A stretch of DNA of 63,936 bases, filler included, from Ministeria vibrans ATCC 50519 (GCA_943704425.1; 5 parts of 5 records of this genome joined end to end with filler, not necessarily neighbours in it), one strand, 5' to 3'; positions 13,948 to 25,544 are shown, numbered from the whole stretch's first letter. Translations and numbers: made by a program. Notes: generated by a model not told the origin, from the letters alone.

Positions 13948-16684
13948 CTAAAGGAAGGGATTGAGGGACTGCTTGCGGGTATCTGGGGAGGAGAAGGAGG
14001 AGGAGGCAGTGCTCGGAGGGGGTACATTGGGGGACACAAAGGGCGCAAAGGGATTGGCACTGATGAGGGAATCGAAAGGAGTCGGGTGTGCAGCAGTCTG
14101 TGTCACGAGTGAGAGAAAAGGATTGCTCTCTACGAAAGGATTGGCCGGCGTGTCATCAGCAGCGTTGCAGTCAGACTCGGGTTGCGTCTGAACAGGAGTT
14201 GTCGTTTCAGGCATGGGTTCAGGCACAAATGCGGACTGGCTTTCTTTTTTTTCTCTTAGTAGGGGTGCGACGACCGCTGTGTCGGGCACCACCTCAAAGG
14301 AATCCAACGTTGTGCTTGCGTCCGGGGACGGTGGAACAAATACGTCTGCTTCAACGTCTTCCGTTGCAAAAACATCGCTGACGTCCTTGGTGTCGTCGGC
14401 TGAGAGTGTTTCCCTTGCGGCAATAGCCGGGGTGTCCTCCTCTTTGGCGATGGACACTTCCTCTTTTGCGATAGTCACTTCCTCTTTTGCGATGGTCGCT
14501 TCCTCTTTTGCGATGGTCGCTTCCTCTTTTGCTCCGTCCGCTGTAAAAACACACGAATCTGCTGCTGTGGCAACCGGGTCTTCAACTGGAGCGACTATTT
14601 CGAGTGAGTTCTCCGCACCGACTGTCTCATCAAATGTGGCAACAAACGAAGCGTCTGGTGCGCTCTCAGCGGCAAACGAGCTGTCAACAACGGTCTCGAT
14701 TGCGTCCGGCGCTTCCTCCGCACCGACTGTTTCGTCAAACGTCGCAACAAACGGAGCATCTGGTACGTTCTCACTGAGAAACGGACCTTCAACAGTCTCG
14801 ACTTCCTCCGCACCGACTGTCTCGTCAAACGTCGCAACAAACGAAGCGTCTGGTGCGCTCTCAGCGGCAAACGGATCGTCAACAGTCTCGACTTCCTCCG
14901 CACCAACAGTTTCTCTCAGCGGCAAACGGATCGTCAACAGTCTCGACTTCCTCCGCACCAACAGTTTCGTCAAACGTCGCAACAAACGAAGCGTCTGGCG
15001 CGCTCTCAGCGGCAAACGGATCGTCAACAGTCTCGACTTCCTCCGCACCGACTGTCTCGTCAAACGTCGCAACAAACGAAGCGTCTGGCGCGCTCTCAGC
15101 AGCAAACGGATCGTCAACAGTCTCGACTTCCTCCGCACCAACAGTTTCGTCAAACGTCGCAACAAACGAAGCGTCTGGTGTGCTCTCAGCGGCAAACGGG
15201 TCGTCAGCGATCTCGACTGCTTCCGGTGCCTCCTCCGCATTGACTATGTCGGCTGGGTCAGACACCCCTTTCAAACTGACACTCTTGACTGTTTCAAGAG
15301 CCCCCTGTGCACTGGTCGTCTCACGCACCCCATCCGACGTGACAGGCAATTCATCAAAGTGCGCCTCAAAAGAGCCGTTGCTGTGAGGTGAAGGAGAAAA
15401 AGGATCGCTGACGGGAATGGTCGCCTCTTGTGTTGGGAGGAAAGGGTCGGGCTGCACGTCAGTAGTGGAAAGCACGCTAGCAGAGGCAGGGGATGAAGGA
15501 AGAGGATTGATCGCCGCTGTGACGGAAGCAGACGTCTTTCTGCGCTCACGGCCGCGACGGTGGGGTGACTGAGAAGGAGGTGGCAGCGCGGGAGCAATTG
15601 TGAGAGACGGGAGAGATGCACGGTTACGAGATGGTCCTGCTGTGACGTGCGTGGTGGATGCCGCAGATACTTTTTGCGCAGACGTAGACAACACCGGTGC
15701 TGCTGCAACTGAGATCGAATGGTGTGTAGGCGGAGATCGAGCAGCAGTGGACGCAACAGTAGTGGATGAGATGGAGCGCTGTGCGGATGGTGATGGTGTA
15801 GAAATCGTTTGTGGAAATGCAACAGGGCTGGCACCGACAGGTCTGGTGGTCTGTGGCACAAAGGGATCGTCGGCACTTTGGCCACTCGGCGTCGGTGCAA
15901 CTGCCGTCGACGCTTTTCGTCGATCGCGCCTTGCATGTTGCGACGAGGTTGAAGTTGGCGCTGGAAGGACAGGCGAGAGAGGCACTACACCGTCTGCAGG
16001 ATCGGTCGTCGACGGAAATGCGGCCCATCCTGTCTCAACCGGTAACGCGCTCGAAAGTGGCGCTGGGGACTGCCAGGCGTCAACGGCAGTTGTAATTGGC
16101 GACGCAGATAATGGTGGTGTGCGCAGTTTGAGTGCGGCTCTCGCGAGCGGCTCTTCCACCACCTTGCCAGCGACCTTGGCAGCGTCCAGCGTTGATTGGT
16201 TAATGAGAACGCTCCCGCGCATGACAGTGCTTCGGCGTGGGGCACGCCGGTCGGTGCGGTGGGAGGGCGAGAGAGTCGGCGCAGTGTGTGCGGCGCCAGG
16301 CCGCGTAGCGTGCTGCTGCACGGAGAAGACGTGCGTGCGCAACAGCACAGCGCCACAGAACAGCTCGACCTTGTACTCGCCACACGGCCAGTCTTTGGTG
16401 TTCGTGCATTGCGATTTGGTGCGGAATGAGACGGACGTGTTCAGCGCGAGATTCTGCGGTCGCTCATACTCGCAGTGCACGCGTGCTAGCGTCACGGAGT
16501 GCGCCGCAACACTTCTGATACAAGTCCACACCCATGTGGTGACTAGTGATGCCTGGAGACGGCCGAGCGTGGCCGACGCGAAGAAGAAATGGTGGGTCGA
16601 TAGAAAGGTCGTTTCCAGCTCTCCCTCTGTCGCTTTCTCTCGCGTACGCGCCACTCCAAACGACTCGACAAGCACGTCGTCCAT
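13948..16684 (-). CDS. Probable endocytic accessory protein: N-terminal beta-sandwich, long disordered region with DPF repeats and C-terminal NPF motifs; frameshifted within its repeat array
   Basis: ORFs 14879-16696 and 13948-15240 join if a 35-bp deletion at about 14913 is restored. DPF occurs in most 30-aa repeats and NPF four times near the C-terminus. The N-terminal domain ends WPCGEYKVELF...HVFSV. Confidence 0.6.
14600..15240 (-). repeat. Coding 90-bp tandem repeat (ETVGAEEVETVDDPFAAESAPDASFVATFD), about 6-7 units, one unit shortened to 55 bp
   Basis: The anchor TCTCGACTTC occurs at 14796, 14886, 14941, 15031 and 15121 (spacings 90, 55, 90, 90). Confidence 0.9.
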
Positions 16685-16791
16685 AGAATTCAGCAAAATC
16701 TGACTTGTTTTTTTTTTTTTTTAGTTTCGAAATATTATATTGCCGATTAATTTTTGGATTTTTGATTTTTTTTTCAAACGATTTTCTCAAA

Positions 16792-19104
16792 ATGGACAGC
16801 AGACAAGATGTTTCTGCGGCACTTGCCGCCATCATGGGCATGGGCAGTGCACAGGGACCCACTGCGACGGGCGCACCACCGCCGTCGTCGTCGTCGCAGC
16901 CGATGCACGACCCATCCGTAATGTCGTATTCGTCCGCTTCGACCGCCACGCCCGCAGCGCCAGCTGGAGCGACAGCGGCAGGTCCTCCGGGTGTTGCGGG
17001 CGGGCCGGCGAAACGCACGTCCATTGACGTGTCCATGTTACTTGGAGGAAAGGTCGTGTCGACCGACGCCGCGAAAAAGACGGATGCTGCCACCTCGACA
17101 CCCAGCGCCGCCGCCGCCGCCGCCGCTGCTGCTGCTGCTGCTGCTTCCTCCTCCGCTGCCGACGCTGCACTTCTCCCCGAACCAGCGAACACGACGACGA
17201 GCAAACGCACGCGCGCAAACTCGCGCGGCGACCGTCTTGGGTCGCCTCCCATGTCGCCAAGCGGGTCGCGACGACGCCAACCGTACAAGGCTCGCGAGGA
17301 CTTTGTGCGCTACGAACGCGACTTTCTCCTCTCCTTCCGTGACCGACACAAAGCACCACCGCCCTCCATGGACATGTCACTCTTTTCCAACGGCAACATG
17401 CAGCGACGTACGGGCGCCACCAACACGGGAAACGGCCCCCGATCCAAATCGGGTCCCCTATCGCCAAGCGCACGACGCCGGCAAGCGTCTCAGCACAACA
17501 GCAGTCAACCACAACATCATCAACATCAACATCAGGGCGGTGACGATCGTGAGTGTGGCGAACTCAAACCGTTCTACCTCACCATGGGCATTGCTCCGCC
17601 AGAGTCGGGTGGCGAATTCGACTGTCTTCTCGAAGACGGACTGGGTTCCCTCGAAGACATGGGCTCGCTCGAGCCAGAATCCTCCTCTTCGTCGCACCAT
17701 CACCAACAACAGCAGCACCAAAACACGTCGCATCAACGTAACTCGGACCGCTTTGCGCCTAAATGGAACAAGGATCAGAGCAATAGTCGCAATGGAGGAG
17801 GAGGAGGAGGAGGAGGAGGAGGTAGCAGTGGTGGTGGAAGCCATGGAGACGAGCCTCAATGGCGACCGCGCCTCCCTGATGCCTACCAGGAGCGAACGGG
17901 ACGCCAGCAGCAACAGCAGCGCAGCAGTGGCGACGGAGCACGGTCGCGACGGGGTGGTCCACAGCAACAACAACAACAGCATCAGCATCAGCATGGGAAC
18001 AGACAGGGCCAACAGCGCAGTCAGGCGAACCATCATGACTACGACACTGCCCCCGAGTGGGCCGACTACACACCCAGCAGCAAGGATGTACCACTGACCT
18101 TTGCGGAATTGCCCGAGAAGCAGGCACAGCGTGAAAAGGAAGAGCGAGAACGAGCGGAGATGCGCGAGCGGATCCGTGCTGAACAAGCCCAGGCAATGCG
18201 CGAGGCGCAAGAGGCGTCGCGACGAGAGCGTGAAGCGGCCCTGGAAGCACGCCGACAAGAGGTGGAGGCGCAAAAGACCAAAGAGCGCGAGAATAGTGCA
18301 AAGGAGCTCGAGTCTCAGCAGACCATGGTCTCACAGATGCTGCAGGGTATCATGATGGACACCCCCGAACCGCAACCGACGCAGCAGAAGCAGCAAGAAC
18401 AGCACCCATTGGCTAGTGCGCTTCCCCCGCCCGCCTCCGCTGCATCCACCCCTACTCCTGCTCCCACGGTTGCTGCTGCCCCCGCGACGCCCAAGAGCTC
18501 GTCGCGAACAAAATCGTCTTCGGACTCGCCTAAGGTCAAATCGAACATGCTTACTCCCACGTCAGTCATGCAGGCACGCCATAAGGGCCAGCGCGTGGCC
18601 AAGGGTCGAGCGCTCAAGGTCGCATCGGCGTCCACTCCTCCCACAGTCACTTCATCTCCCGCCAATCCTGCACCCGCACTAGCCTCGGCACCTGCTCCAG
18701 TGCCATCTGGAGCGTCCGTACCGGCACGACCACCCGCCATGGGCCCTTATGGAGGGCCCTCGGTCTCAGCGCCAATGCCTATGCCGGTCCACCCCATGCT
18801 CAATATGCCTCGTGCCTACATGCATATGCAACAGCACCAGATGTACCACGGCCCGCCCCCTACGGTCCCCTCGGCGGCAGGCGTGCCCACTGGCCCTCGC
18901 ATGCAGATGCATCCCCAGGTCGCTGCTCTTTTTGCCAATGCCCCCGCACAAGTCCGCCCCACCTACCCCACCTACCCTCCCGTGTCTCTTCAGCACGGCC
19001 CTCCACGCCCCCAGTATCCAGGCTCGTCTGTACCACCACCACCACAACAACAGCATCAACAGCAGCGAGTGTACACGGCTGATGAACTCGAACGTCGCAT
19101 GTAA
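16792..19104 (+). CDS. eIF4E-binding protein, 4E-T/EIF4ENIF1-like
   Basis: Intronless ORF with YERDFLL (YxxxxL-phi), APEWADYTPSS (Cup-homology-domain-like), LTPTSVM and C-terminal VYTADELERR, in the same order as the conserved motifs of animal 4E-T. Confidence 0.65.
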   Translation: MDSRQDVSAALAAIMGMGSAQGPTATGAPPPSSSSQPMHDPSVMSYSSASTATPAAPAGATAAGPPGVAGGPAKRTSIDVSMLLGGKVVSTDAAKKTDAATSTPSAAAAAAAAAAAAASSSAADAALLPEPANTTTSKRTRANSRGDRLGSPPMSPSGSRRRQPYKAREDFVRYERDFLLSFRDRHKAPPPSMDMSLFSNGNMQRRTGATNTGNGPRSKSGPLSPSARRRQASQHNSSQPQHHQHQHQGGDDRECGELKPFYLTMGIAPPESGGEFDCLLEDGLGSLEDMGSLEPESSSSSHHHQQQQHQNTSHQRNSDRFAPKWNKDQSNSRNGGGGGGGGGGSSGGGSHGDEPQWRPRLPDAYQERTGRQQQQQRSSGDGARSRRGGPQQQQQQHQHQHGNRQGQQRSQANHHDYDTAPEWADYTPSSKDVPLTFAELPEKQAQREKEERERAEMRERIRAEQAQAMREAQEASRREREAALEARRQEVEAQKTKERENSAKELESQQTMVSQMLQGIMMDTPEPQPTQQKQQEQHPLASALPPPASAASTPTPAPTVAAAPATPKSSSRTKSSSDSPKVKSNMLTPTSVMQARHKGQRVAKGRALKVASASTPPTVTSSPANPAPALASAPAPVPSGASVPARPPAMGPYGGPSVSAPMPMPVHPMLNMPRAYMHMQQHQMYHGPPPTVPSAAGVPTGPRMQMHPQVAALFANAPAQVRPTYPTYPPVSLQHGPPRPQYPGSSVPPPPQQQHQQQRVYTADELERRM

Positions 19105-19137
19105 TCCAAAAACGAGATGGGGATGCAGAGAGACAGC

Positions 19138-19139
<2 letters not shown>

Positions 19140-19236
<97 letters not shown>

Positions 19237-19311
19237 CAGAGAGACAGAGAGACAGAGAGACAGAGAGACAGAGAGAGGAGGAGGAGGAGGAGGAGGGAGA
19301 AAGAAACCAAG

Positions 19312-19375
<64 letters not shown>

Positions 19376-19410
19376 GAAAGAAACAAAGTGATAGAGAGAG
19401 AGGCAGAGAG
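19140..19410. repeat. (AG)n/(AGAGAGAC)n microsatellite between convergent 3' ends
   Basis: Directly visible. Confidence 0.95.
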
Positions 19411-19506
19411 GAGGTGTGCGAGATTCGATGAAAGTACCGAAATGTCAAGAGAACTCAAACAAAAATAAATAAAAAAAGAAGTATTGTACAAAAACAATCC
19501 AACGGA

Positions 19507-19963
19507 TTATTCCTCGTCATAGTGGGGGATGTCGTTATAAGAATATCCTTTGTAGCCTTTCCATGCACCGTACGCAATGTAGACGTGATAGGATCCAGGA
19601 AGAAAGGTCAGAGCACCAAGAATGATCAGCGCCAGGGATCGACCTTGATCCTACGGCCCCAACCACACATGAGTATCATTAGTGCGTCTCCCTCCAGTCA
19701 TTCGTACCGCAGCTCCCAAATGACCGGTAATCATGAGCGCACCAATGGATAGCAACGTGGTGCCGACGGCCAAGAGAAAAAGAGCAAGGGCAATAGCCTT
19801 GAACGGCGGCTGAGTGAGACGCAAAGAGAGAGAGAGAGAGAGAGAGAGAGTCAAGTTCAGCACACACGTCTCGTGCCAAAGCACCTCACATACCTTGGGC
19901 GGCGGCACCTCAAACTGCATGGGCGAGTACGCATCGCCGTCGGGTCCTGTACGGAGGGGTTTG

Positions 19964-20003
<40 letters not shown>

Positions 20004-20052
20004 GAATGAGAGTGAAGGAAAAAAATCCTACTTTGTATGGCATTCTTCTCAT
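19507..20052 (-). CDS. TMEM230: Transmembrane protein 230 (UPF0414), 4 exons
   Basis: Spliced product reads QFEVPPPK-PPFKAIALALFLLAVG...LIILGALTFLPGSYHVYIAYGAWKGYKGYSYNDIPHYDEE*. Confidence 0.9.
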
Positions 20053-20147
20053 CCAAATTCACTGTGCTCACTTGAAACAGAACAAACAAGTGAAATAAAT
20101 GAAAGAGTTGTAGGTGAGGTTGAACAAACACAAGTCAAAATAAAAAT

Positions 20148-20247
20148 NNNNNNNNNNNNNNNNNNNNNNNNNNNNNNNNNNNNNNNNNNNNTTAATTAAT
20201 TAANNNNNNNNNNNNNNNNNNNNNNNNNNNNNNNNNNNNNNNNNNNN
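20148..20247. other. Artificial contig linker
   Basis: N run, TTAATTAATTAA (stops in six frames), N run; 100 bp. Confidence 0.97.
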
Positions 20248-21849
20248 GGGGGAGGGGTGGAGGGGAGGGCGCGGGAGAAGGAGAAGGCGGAAGGGGGAGG
20301 AGGTGAGGAAGGAGGAGGAGGAGGCGGGAGGGCTGGAGACGAGCGGATGGGCGCACTGAAGTGGAAAGACCCGGAGGACTGCGTGGGGCTCGTAGTAGTG
20401 GCGACGGGGAGCGAGGGTGTCTTCGTGGGGGGTGAAGAGAGTTCGTCTTGGTCGTCGCTAGCAACATCGGCATCGTTGTTGTCGTCGCTGTCGGACGAAG
20501 GGTCGTCGCTGTCCTCTTGGTCGTCCACTGGAGGTGTTGGGATGTGGATGACGGTGGTTGCGGCACGCGCAGCCGCAGCTACGCTCTGCTTGGAGGTCAC
20601 TGGTGCGGGTGCGGATGCGGGTGCGGATGCGGGTGCGGGTGCGGGTGCGGGTGCACGAGGAAGAGAAGGAGGAGGGGTCTTCTTGGTGGGTGGTAGGGGG
20701 GAGACGGGACGCGCCACTGCTTTGCGTTTCTTCTTGAGCGAACCACTCTGCTCGAGGGGAGTCATGAGACTGCGGATGGGCGGAGGCCCTGAAACCACGG
20801 GTGCTGCTGCTGTGGTGGCGGTGGCGGTGGACGAGAGGGGGCGAGATGACGATGCCATGGACGGAGAGTGGCGCGGAGGGCGCGGGCGGAAGCCAGCGGG
20901 GGAGGAGGATGGGAAAGCGGTGGACGCGGTGGCGTGCGCGCGGACAGCCAGTGGGCTCGATGCAGCCAGTGGCGGCATGCGGCGCGCGTCTGAAAGGGGC
21001 GTGACTGCGTCGTTGAGTGATTCGAGGATGCGCTTGGCGGTTTCGGAAGCGAACGAGACGGACGTGCTAGAATTTGTTGGGTTCGTGCGTGTGTTCGATT
21101 GCGCCGTGATGAATCGTCGTTTGACGGGACGTCCGTCGCCTGCACCTGCCCCTGCCCCTGTGTACTGACTGGCTGAGTCTGGGGCTCCGTTGGCGGTCTC
21201 GGGCGAGGCGGCGCGACGACGTTTCAGCGGCGACGCAGCCACACCGCCGTACGTGGTGGGCCCGGTGTAGAAGGCGGATCCGTTGGAGACGAGGCCCGGG
21301 GCAAACGGACTCTTGCTGGCAAGGCGCGTGCGGGATGGCGAGGCGTGGGTGGGGGCAGGCGGTGGCGGCGGCGCAAGCGACCGCTTGGACACGACGCGAA
21401 AGGGAAGCTTGCTGCTGCTGCTGCTGCTGGTGCTGTGCCCTGCAGCGCCAAGGGGCGAGTGCTTCGACACGCCCATGCCGGTGTCGACAGCAACGTCCTG
21501 TACGGCGGGTGTAGGAGCAGCGGCAGAGGGTGCAGGGGGCGCTGGGGGCTGAGGAGGAGGCGTCGAAGAGGACGGGTGCTGTGCGTCGTGGCTCGTTGTG
21601 TCTTTGGAGACGCCTGTGGCAGCCTTGTCGCCGCTGTGGGCGCCGGCGTCGTCGTCGATGGCGTCGTCAGCGTCGCCGCCATACCCGAGCAGGGCAAGCG
21701 CGTACGATGCGGCTGTGGTAAGGATGCCCTGGCAACAACGAGAAATCAGACCCACGTTTGAAATATAAAAATCGTCAAACGACGAATGGAGAGGGCGGTA
21801 CCTTGCGCTTGCGCGAGTGCGGTTTGCGGATTCCGCCGTTTGACGACAT
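20248..21849 (-). CDS. NUP153: Nucleoporin NUP153-like N-terminal region, 3'-truncated at contig end
   Basis: Exon 1 MSSNGGIRKPHSRKRK. Exon 2 has SAFYTGPTTYGG, SETAKRILESLNDAVTPLSDARRMP and FHFSAPI, matching the NUP153 motifs SPFYPGKTTYGG, TARRILxSL..PLADAKRIP and FKFSSPI. Confidence 0.8.
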
Positions 21850-22134
21850 TCGGGTGTTGCAGCAAAAGAAGTGCTAAAGTTTCACAGTTTTGAGTTTTCT
21901 ATGATTGATTGATAATCAAAATCAGCGAAAACGAAAATTGACACAAAATTGAAGAGAGGTTGACAGAATGCAAACTGGACAGTGCAATACAAGTTATACG
22001 ACACGTCTAAAGTAACTGTTGCCTATCAACTCTCGTGATTCGTGCCTGACGTAGCGGATCGTCGACAGATCAAAATGGAATCGTCAGAAAATAGAAATCA
22101 AAATTCAAAAAAGATCATTTTAATATTATCTGAA

Positions 22135-22335
22135 ATGCTTCGATTGATCCAAACGGCGTCGAGGACAGGGCGGGCGGTGCAGCAGGCGCGGCTGATGGCA
22201 AGCGCGGCCGTGCAGGCGCGTCCGCAGTTCGGCCCGTCACTGCAGGAGGCCTTTCCGAACGGCGTGCCGCCCCCTAACCTCCCCGTCATGTACGACTACT
22301 CCCCCGAGGTCATGGCCCTGCGTGAGAAGGAGAAG
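22135..22335 (+). CDS. First exon of cytochrome c oxidase subunit 4-like protein; downstream exons absent
   Basis: Mitochondrial presequence (MLRLIQTASRTGRAVQQARLMAS), then P...ALREKEK followed by a GTAAT donor. ALxEKEK precedes the GxW motif in the COX4 family. Confidence 0.6.
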
Positions 22336-22452
22336 GTAATTCCTCAGATGTCTCGAAATGCAAAAAAAAAAAAAAAAAAAAAACCAAAGCTACAGCACAA
22401 ATGCTCATGTGGGCAAGAGTGGGGAGAGGTCTCATGACAACAGGGTGCTTAC

Positions 22453-22537
22453 CATGCTCTGCAGAGTGGAAAGACGCAGCGCGCGCGGCACAGCGGGAGG
22501 GCAGCATGCGGCACGAGACGAAACGCACAGCGAACAT
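22453..22537 (-). CDS. First exon of another mitochondrially targeted protein (presequence only)
   Basis: MFAVRFVSCRMLPSRCAARAASFHSAEH followed by a GTAAG donor; Arg/Ala/Ser-rich with almost no acidic residues. Confidence 0.45.
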
Positions 22538-22950
22538 GGAAAAAAAAAAAAAAAAAAAAAGAGAGAAAGAAATGAAGGGAGGGGAGGAGAGAGAGAGGGC
22601 GTCGAAGAGTGAAGAGGGACATACACAGTTGAATACACGGGTGGGGGTGAGAGAGAGTGAGAGAGAGGAGGGAGGAGGAGAGAAGGGAAACAAAAGATGG
22701 GTTAGCACTGGTGTGAAGGGTCTTTGGTGAGTTTCCGCAGCGTCTAGGGGGTGTAGTACGCCGTGGGAACCATGGGTGACATTCGTACCGTGAAATCGCA
22801 ATAAAAGAGACCGTTTTAATTTTTCAGTTTTCCCTTTTCGAGATCATTATTTCTAACAGATTCTTTCGATGCGAACGAGACTCAGTCACTGAGTCCACTG
22901 AGTCCACTCACTCTTCTCAACCCTTTCTCTTTGCTCTTCCCCATCATCAC

Positions 22951-24270
22951 ATGGACATCGCCTCTCTTCCCTGTACCTTACAAGTCGTGATCCAATGGAT
23001 CTTTTGGCTTATTTTTGGTATGCTTCAACACAGCTCGACGCACTCTCCTTCCTCCCCTCTAACCCTACTCCTCACTCCACTGCCACCCAAGGGTACGGCG
23101 AGTTGGAGCGTCTCAGCCGGACCGTTGGGCAGCGTCCCCAAGGCGAGCATGGGCTGTGCAGACGCGTTGTCTCTGTCGACGCGTCACTTCAGCGTTTGCG
23201 AAAGGTCGAGGTTCGAATCACAATCACACTTTTTTTTATTTATTATTCTGCCGTCGTCGATCACATCATGCCTACCACCATGCAAACACGAGACCGACAC
23301 GAGCCAACTGACTGCTTTGCATCTGCACTCAAGGCGCTCATTGCAAAGATTTTTGACGAAGAACGCACAAGTCGTCGCTCGACCGATCAACTCACACGAA
23401 ACATTGTGACGCAACAGTCGGGCGGATGGCGGTCCAACGAAGTGTAAGGCTAAAGAGAGAAATAACAAGAGCGCTTCGAAAAGGAGAGGCGCAAGAAAGA
23501 AAGAGAGAAGGAGATCTGGGAAACAACGCACTCGCTCAGTCTGAATGTTATTTTAGGCTTTTTTATGAAAATTTCCGACCGTGCGTGGAGCATCTGGAGC
23601 GCTATGCGCGTCTTGAGAGACGAATTGAAGAGATGAAACAGACGAAGTTCTCATCGGAAAATGCGCTGCACGAAGAGAAACTTCTCGAGGTGTGGGCGCC
23701 TCACAAACACAAGACTGGCACCACTGACTGAGGAGTCGCCATCTTTCTTTCCCGTAGTTGTGGACTGCGCTCATGCCACAGGATCCATTGGAGAGTCGAT
23801 ACACCCGACAGTGGGGTGACATTGGATTCCAAGGAAAAGACCCAGCGACCGACTTTCGCGGGATGGGACTCCTCGGACTGGAGCAATTGCACTACCTGGC
23901 AGAACGGCACACGGCAACAGCCCGACAGATCCTCGTTGCATCACAGCACCCGCGCATTGGCTTTCCTCTGGCAATAGTCGCCATCAGCATCACCGCAGAC
24001 TGCGTGTCGCTCGTGCGCGACCGGCTGGCGCTGGCACCCCTCAGCATGCGCTGGGACGCACTCCTCGTTACCACCGATGCCCACTCCGATCTTGAAGACT
24101 TCCACGAACTCTTCTGTGCTCTCCTCCAGCGATTTGTCGCACACTGGCGCACTGCTAATCCCCCTGACGTCATGAGCTTTGGTCCAGTCAGCGCACAGTT
24201 CCGCAAAGAGACGCGCGAGCAGCTACGCACCGGAGTTTTGCGCCAACTGGCCCTCGACCTTGATGCATAG
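22951..24270 (+). CDS. ELMO domain-containing protein (ELMOD family ARF/ARL GAP), multi-exon
   Basis: HEEKLLE-LWTALMP...QWGDIGFQGKDPATDFRGMGLLGLEQLHY is the ELMO catalytic signature. Confidence 0.9.
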
Positions 24271-24337
24271 AGCACCACGCAATAAGTAATACTGTATTAA
24301 TACACACCCACCCAGACACAATACATAAGACACCGCA

Positions 24338-25544
24338 TCAGTTGATGGGCGTAACGATAACGTGGTCGTTGTCGTTGAGCTCGAGTGTGTCACTCAGTTC
24401 TGCTCCGTTGTCCAGCGACAGTGACAGAGGTCGCGATGCGTCCACCCCCACCTTCTCCGCACACACTGCACACACCGCCGCCCATTCGTCGCTCGCATTT
24501 ACAACCACAATGCGCGTTTTCGTGTCTACACAAAACGACAACAACAAGTGAACAAAAACAGAACAAAAACAAAAAAAAAACAGAAACCAATGGTAGATTC
24601 ACCGGCAATCACACGCAACTCCCACTCTGTTCCTCTCTCTCACACTTTGTTTCATTCTCTCTTTCTTTCTCGCCAACTCTCTGTTGTTCTTTGAGGACAA
24701 GAAAAGAGTGTGACACGTACCGCCCGCCTTGGAGACAAGGAGTCGGCGTCGCTGCAGCTGGAAGATCATGTCGGCGTCACTCTTGGATGGATGAGGCTGT
24801 TGCGTGATGGGCGGAGCAGTGTACTGGCCCGACGACGGGCCCGCGCCCCCCATCCCGTGTCGCTCGCGCAGCAGGGCATCGCGGCCGTCCAGAATAATCG
24901 TGCGCACTTGCAGTGGGTTCAGCAGACCGATGACTTTGATTTCGGGCTCGGCCTTGCCGTCCTGCCCCACCTTGTTGTTGGCCGTCTCGACACACAGCGT
25001 CGGCGTCGCAAACATGTTGCAGCAGCCCGTGCCCGGTGTCGACACACGCACGTCTGTAATCTGCTCGTACGGCACCGTGACTGTCACGGAGCCGGCGGTG
25101 CAGCAGCAGGAGCAGCACAGGACGTTCTGGTGTGCGCGGATGTGCAGCACCACTTCCCTCTCCGTGATAATCAGCGCCGTCGCCCCGGCCTTTTGCGACG
25201 CCCCATAGTGCGCACACGCCCCAAAGCAGCAGTTGATCCCGGGAAGCCAGCAACAAATCACCGTCGCTACTCAAAAACGAATCAAAAAATTGCAGGAAGT
25301 TCCCAAGCGTAAATTCCCAATCCGATTGGTTTCCTTTTCTCTCTCCCTCTCACTCTCTCAACCAAAAACAAACACACTCACCTCCACAGCACGCTTGCTT
25401 GCCAACCTTTTCCACTTGCTCGACATAGGCGACGTGGAGCACACGCCCGCGGGGTTCGTAGCCGAAGTAGTCGAAGTCTGGCGAATCGTATTCGCCTTGG
25501 CGCGGAAGCAGCCCGTATGCCGGAGGGTTGTGCGACGAGTTCAT
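24338..25544 (-). CDS. Cys-cluster membrane-associated protein with bacterial-PH-like domain and C-terminal ubiquitin-like (KHA/DCX-like) domain
   Basis: Exons at about 25382-25544, 24721-25268 and 24338-24525. Contains CC/CCC clusters, TVPYEQITDVRV...IGLLNP, and ends DNGAELSDTLELNDNDHVIV. Confidence 0.55.

Noticed and set aside
14600-15240. CRISPR-like regular repeats
   Set aside because: This is a coding tandem repeat with no spacers.
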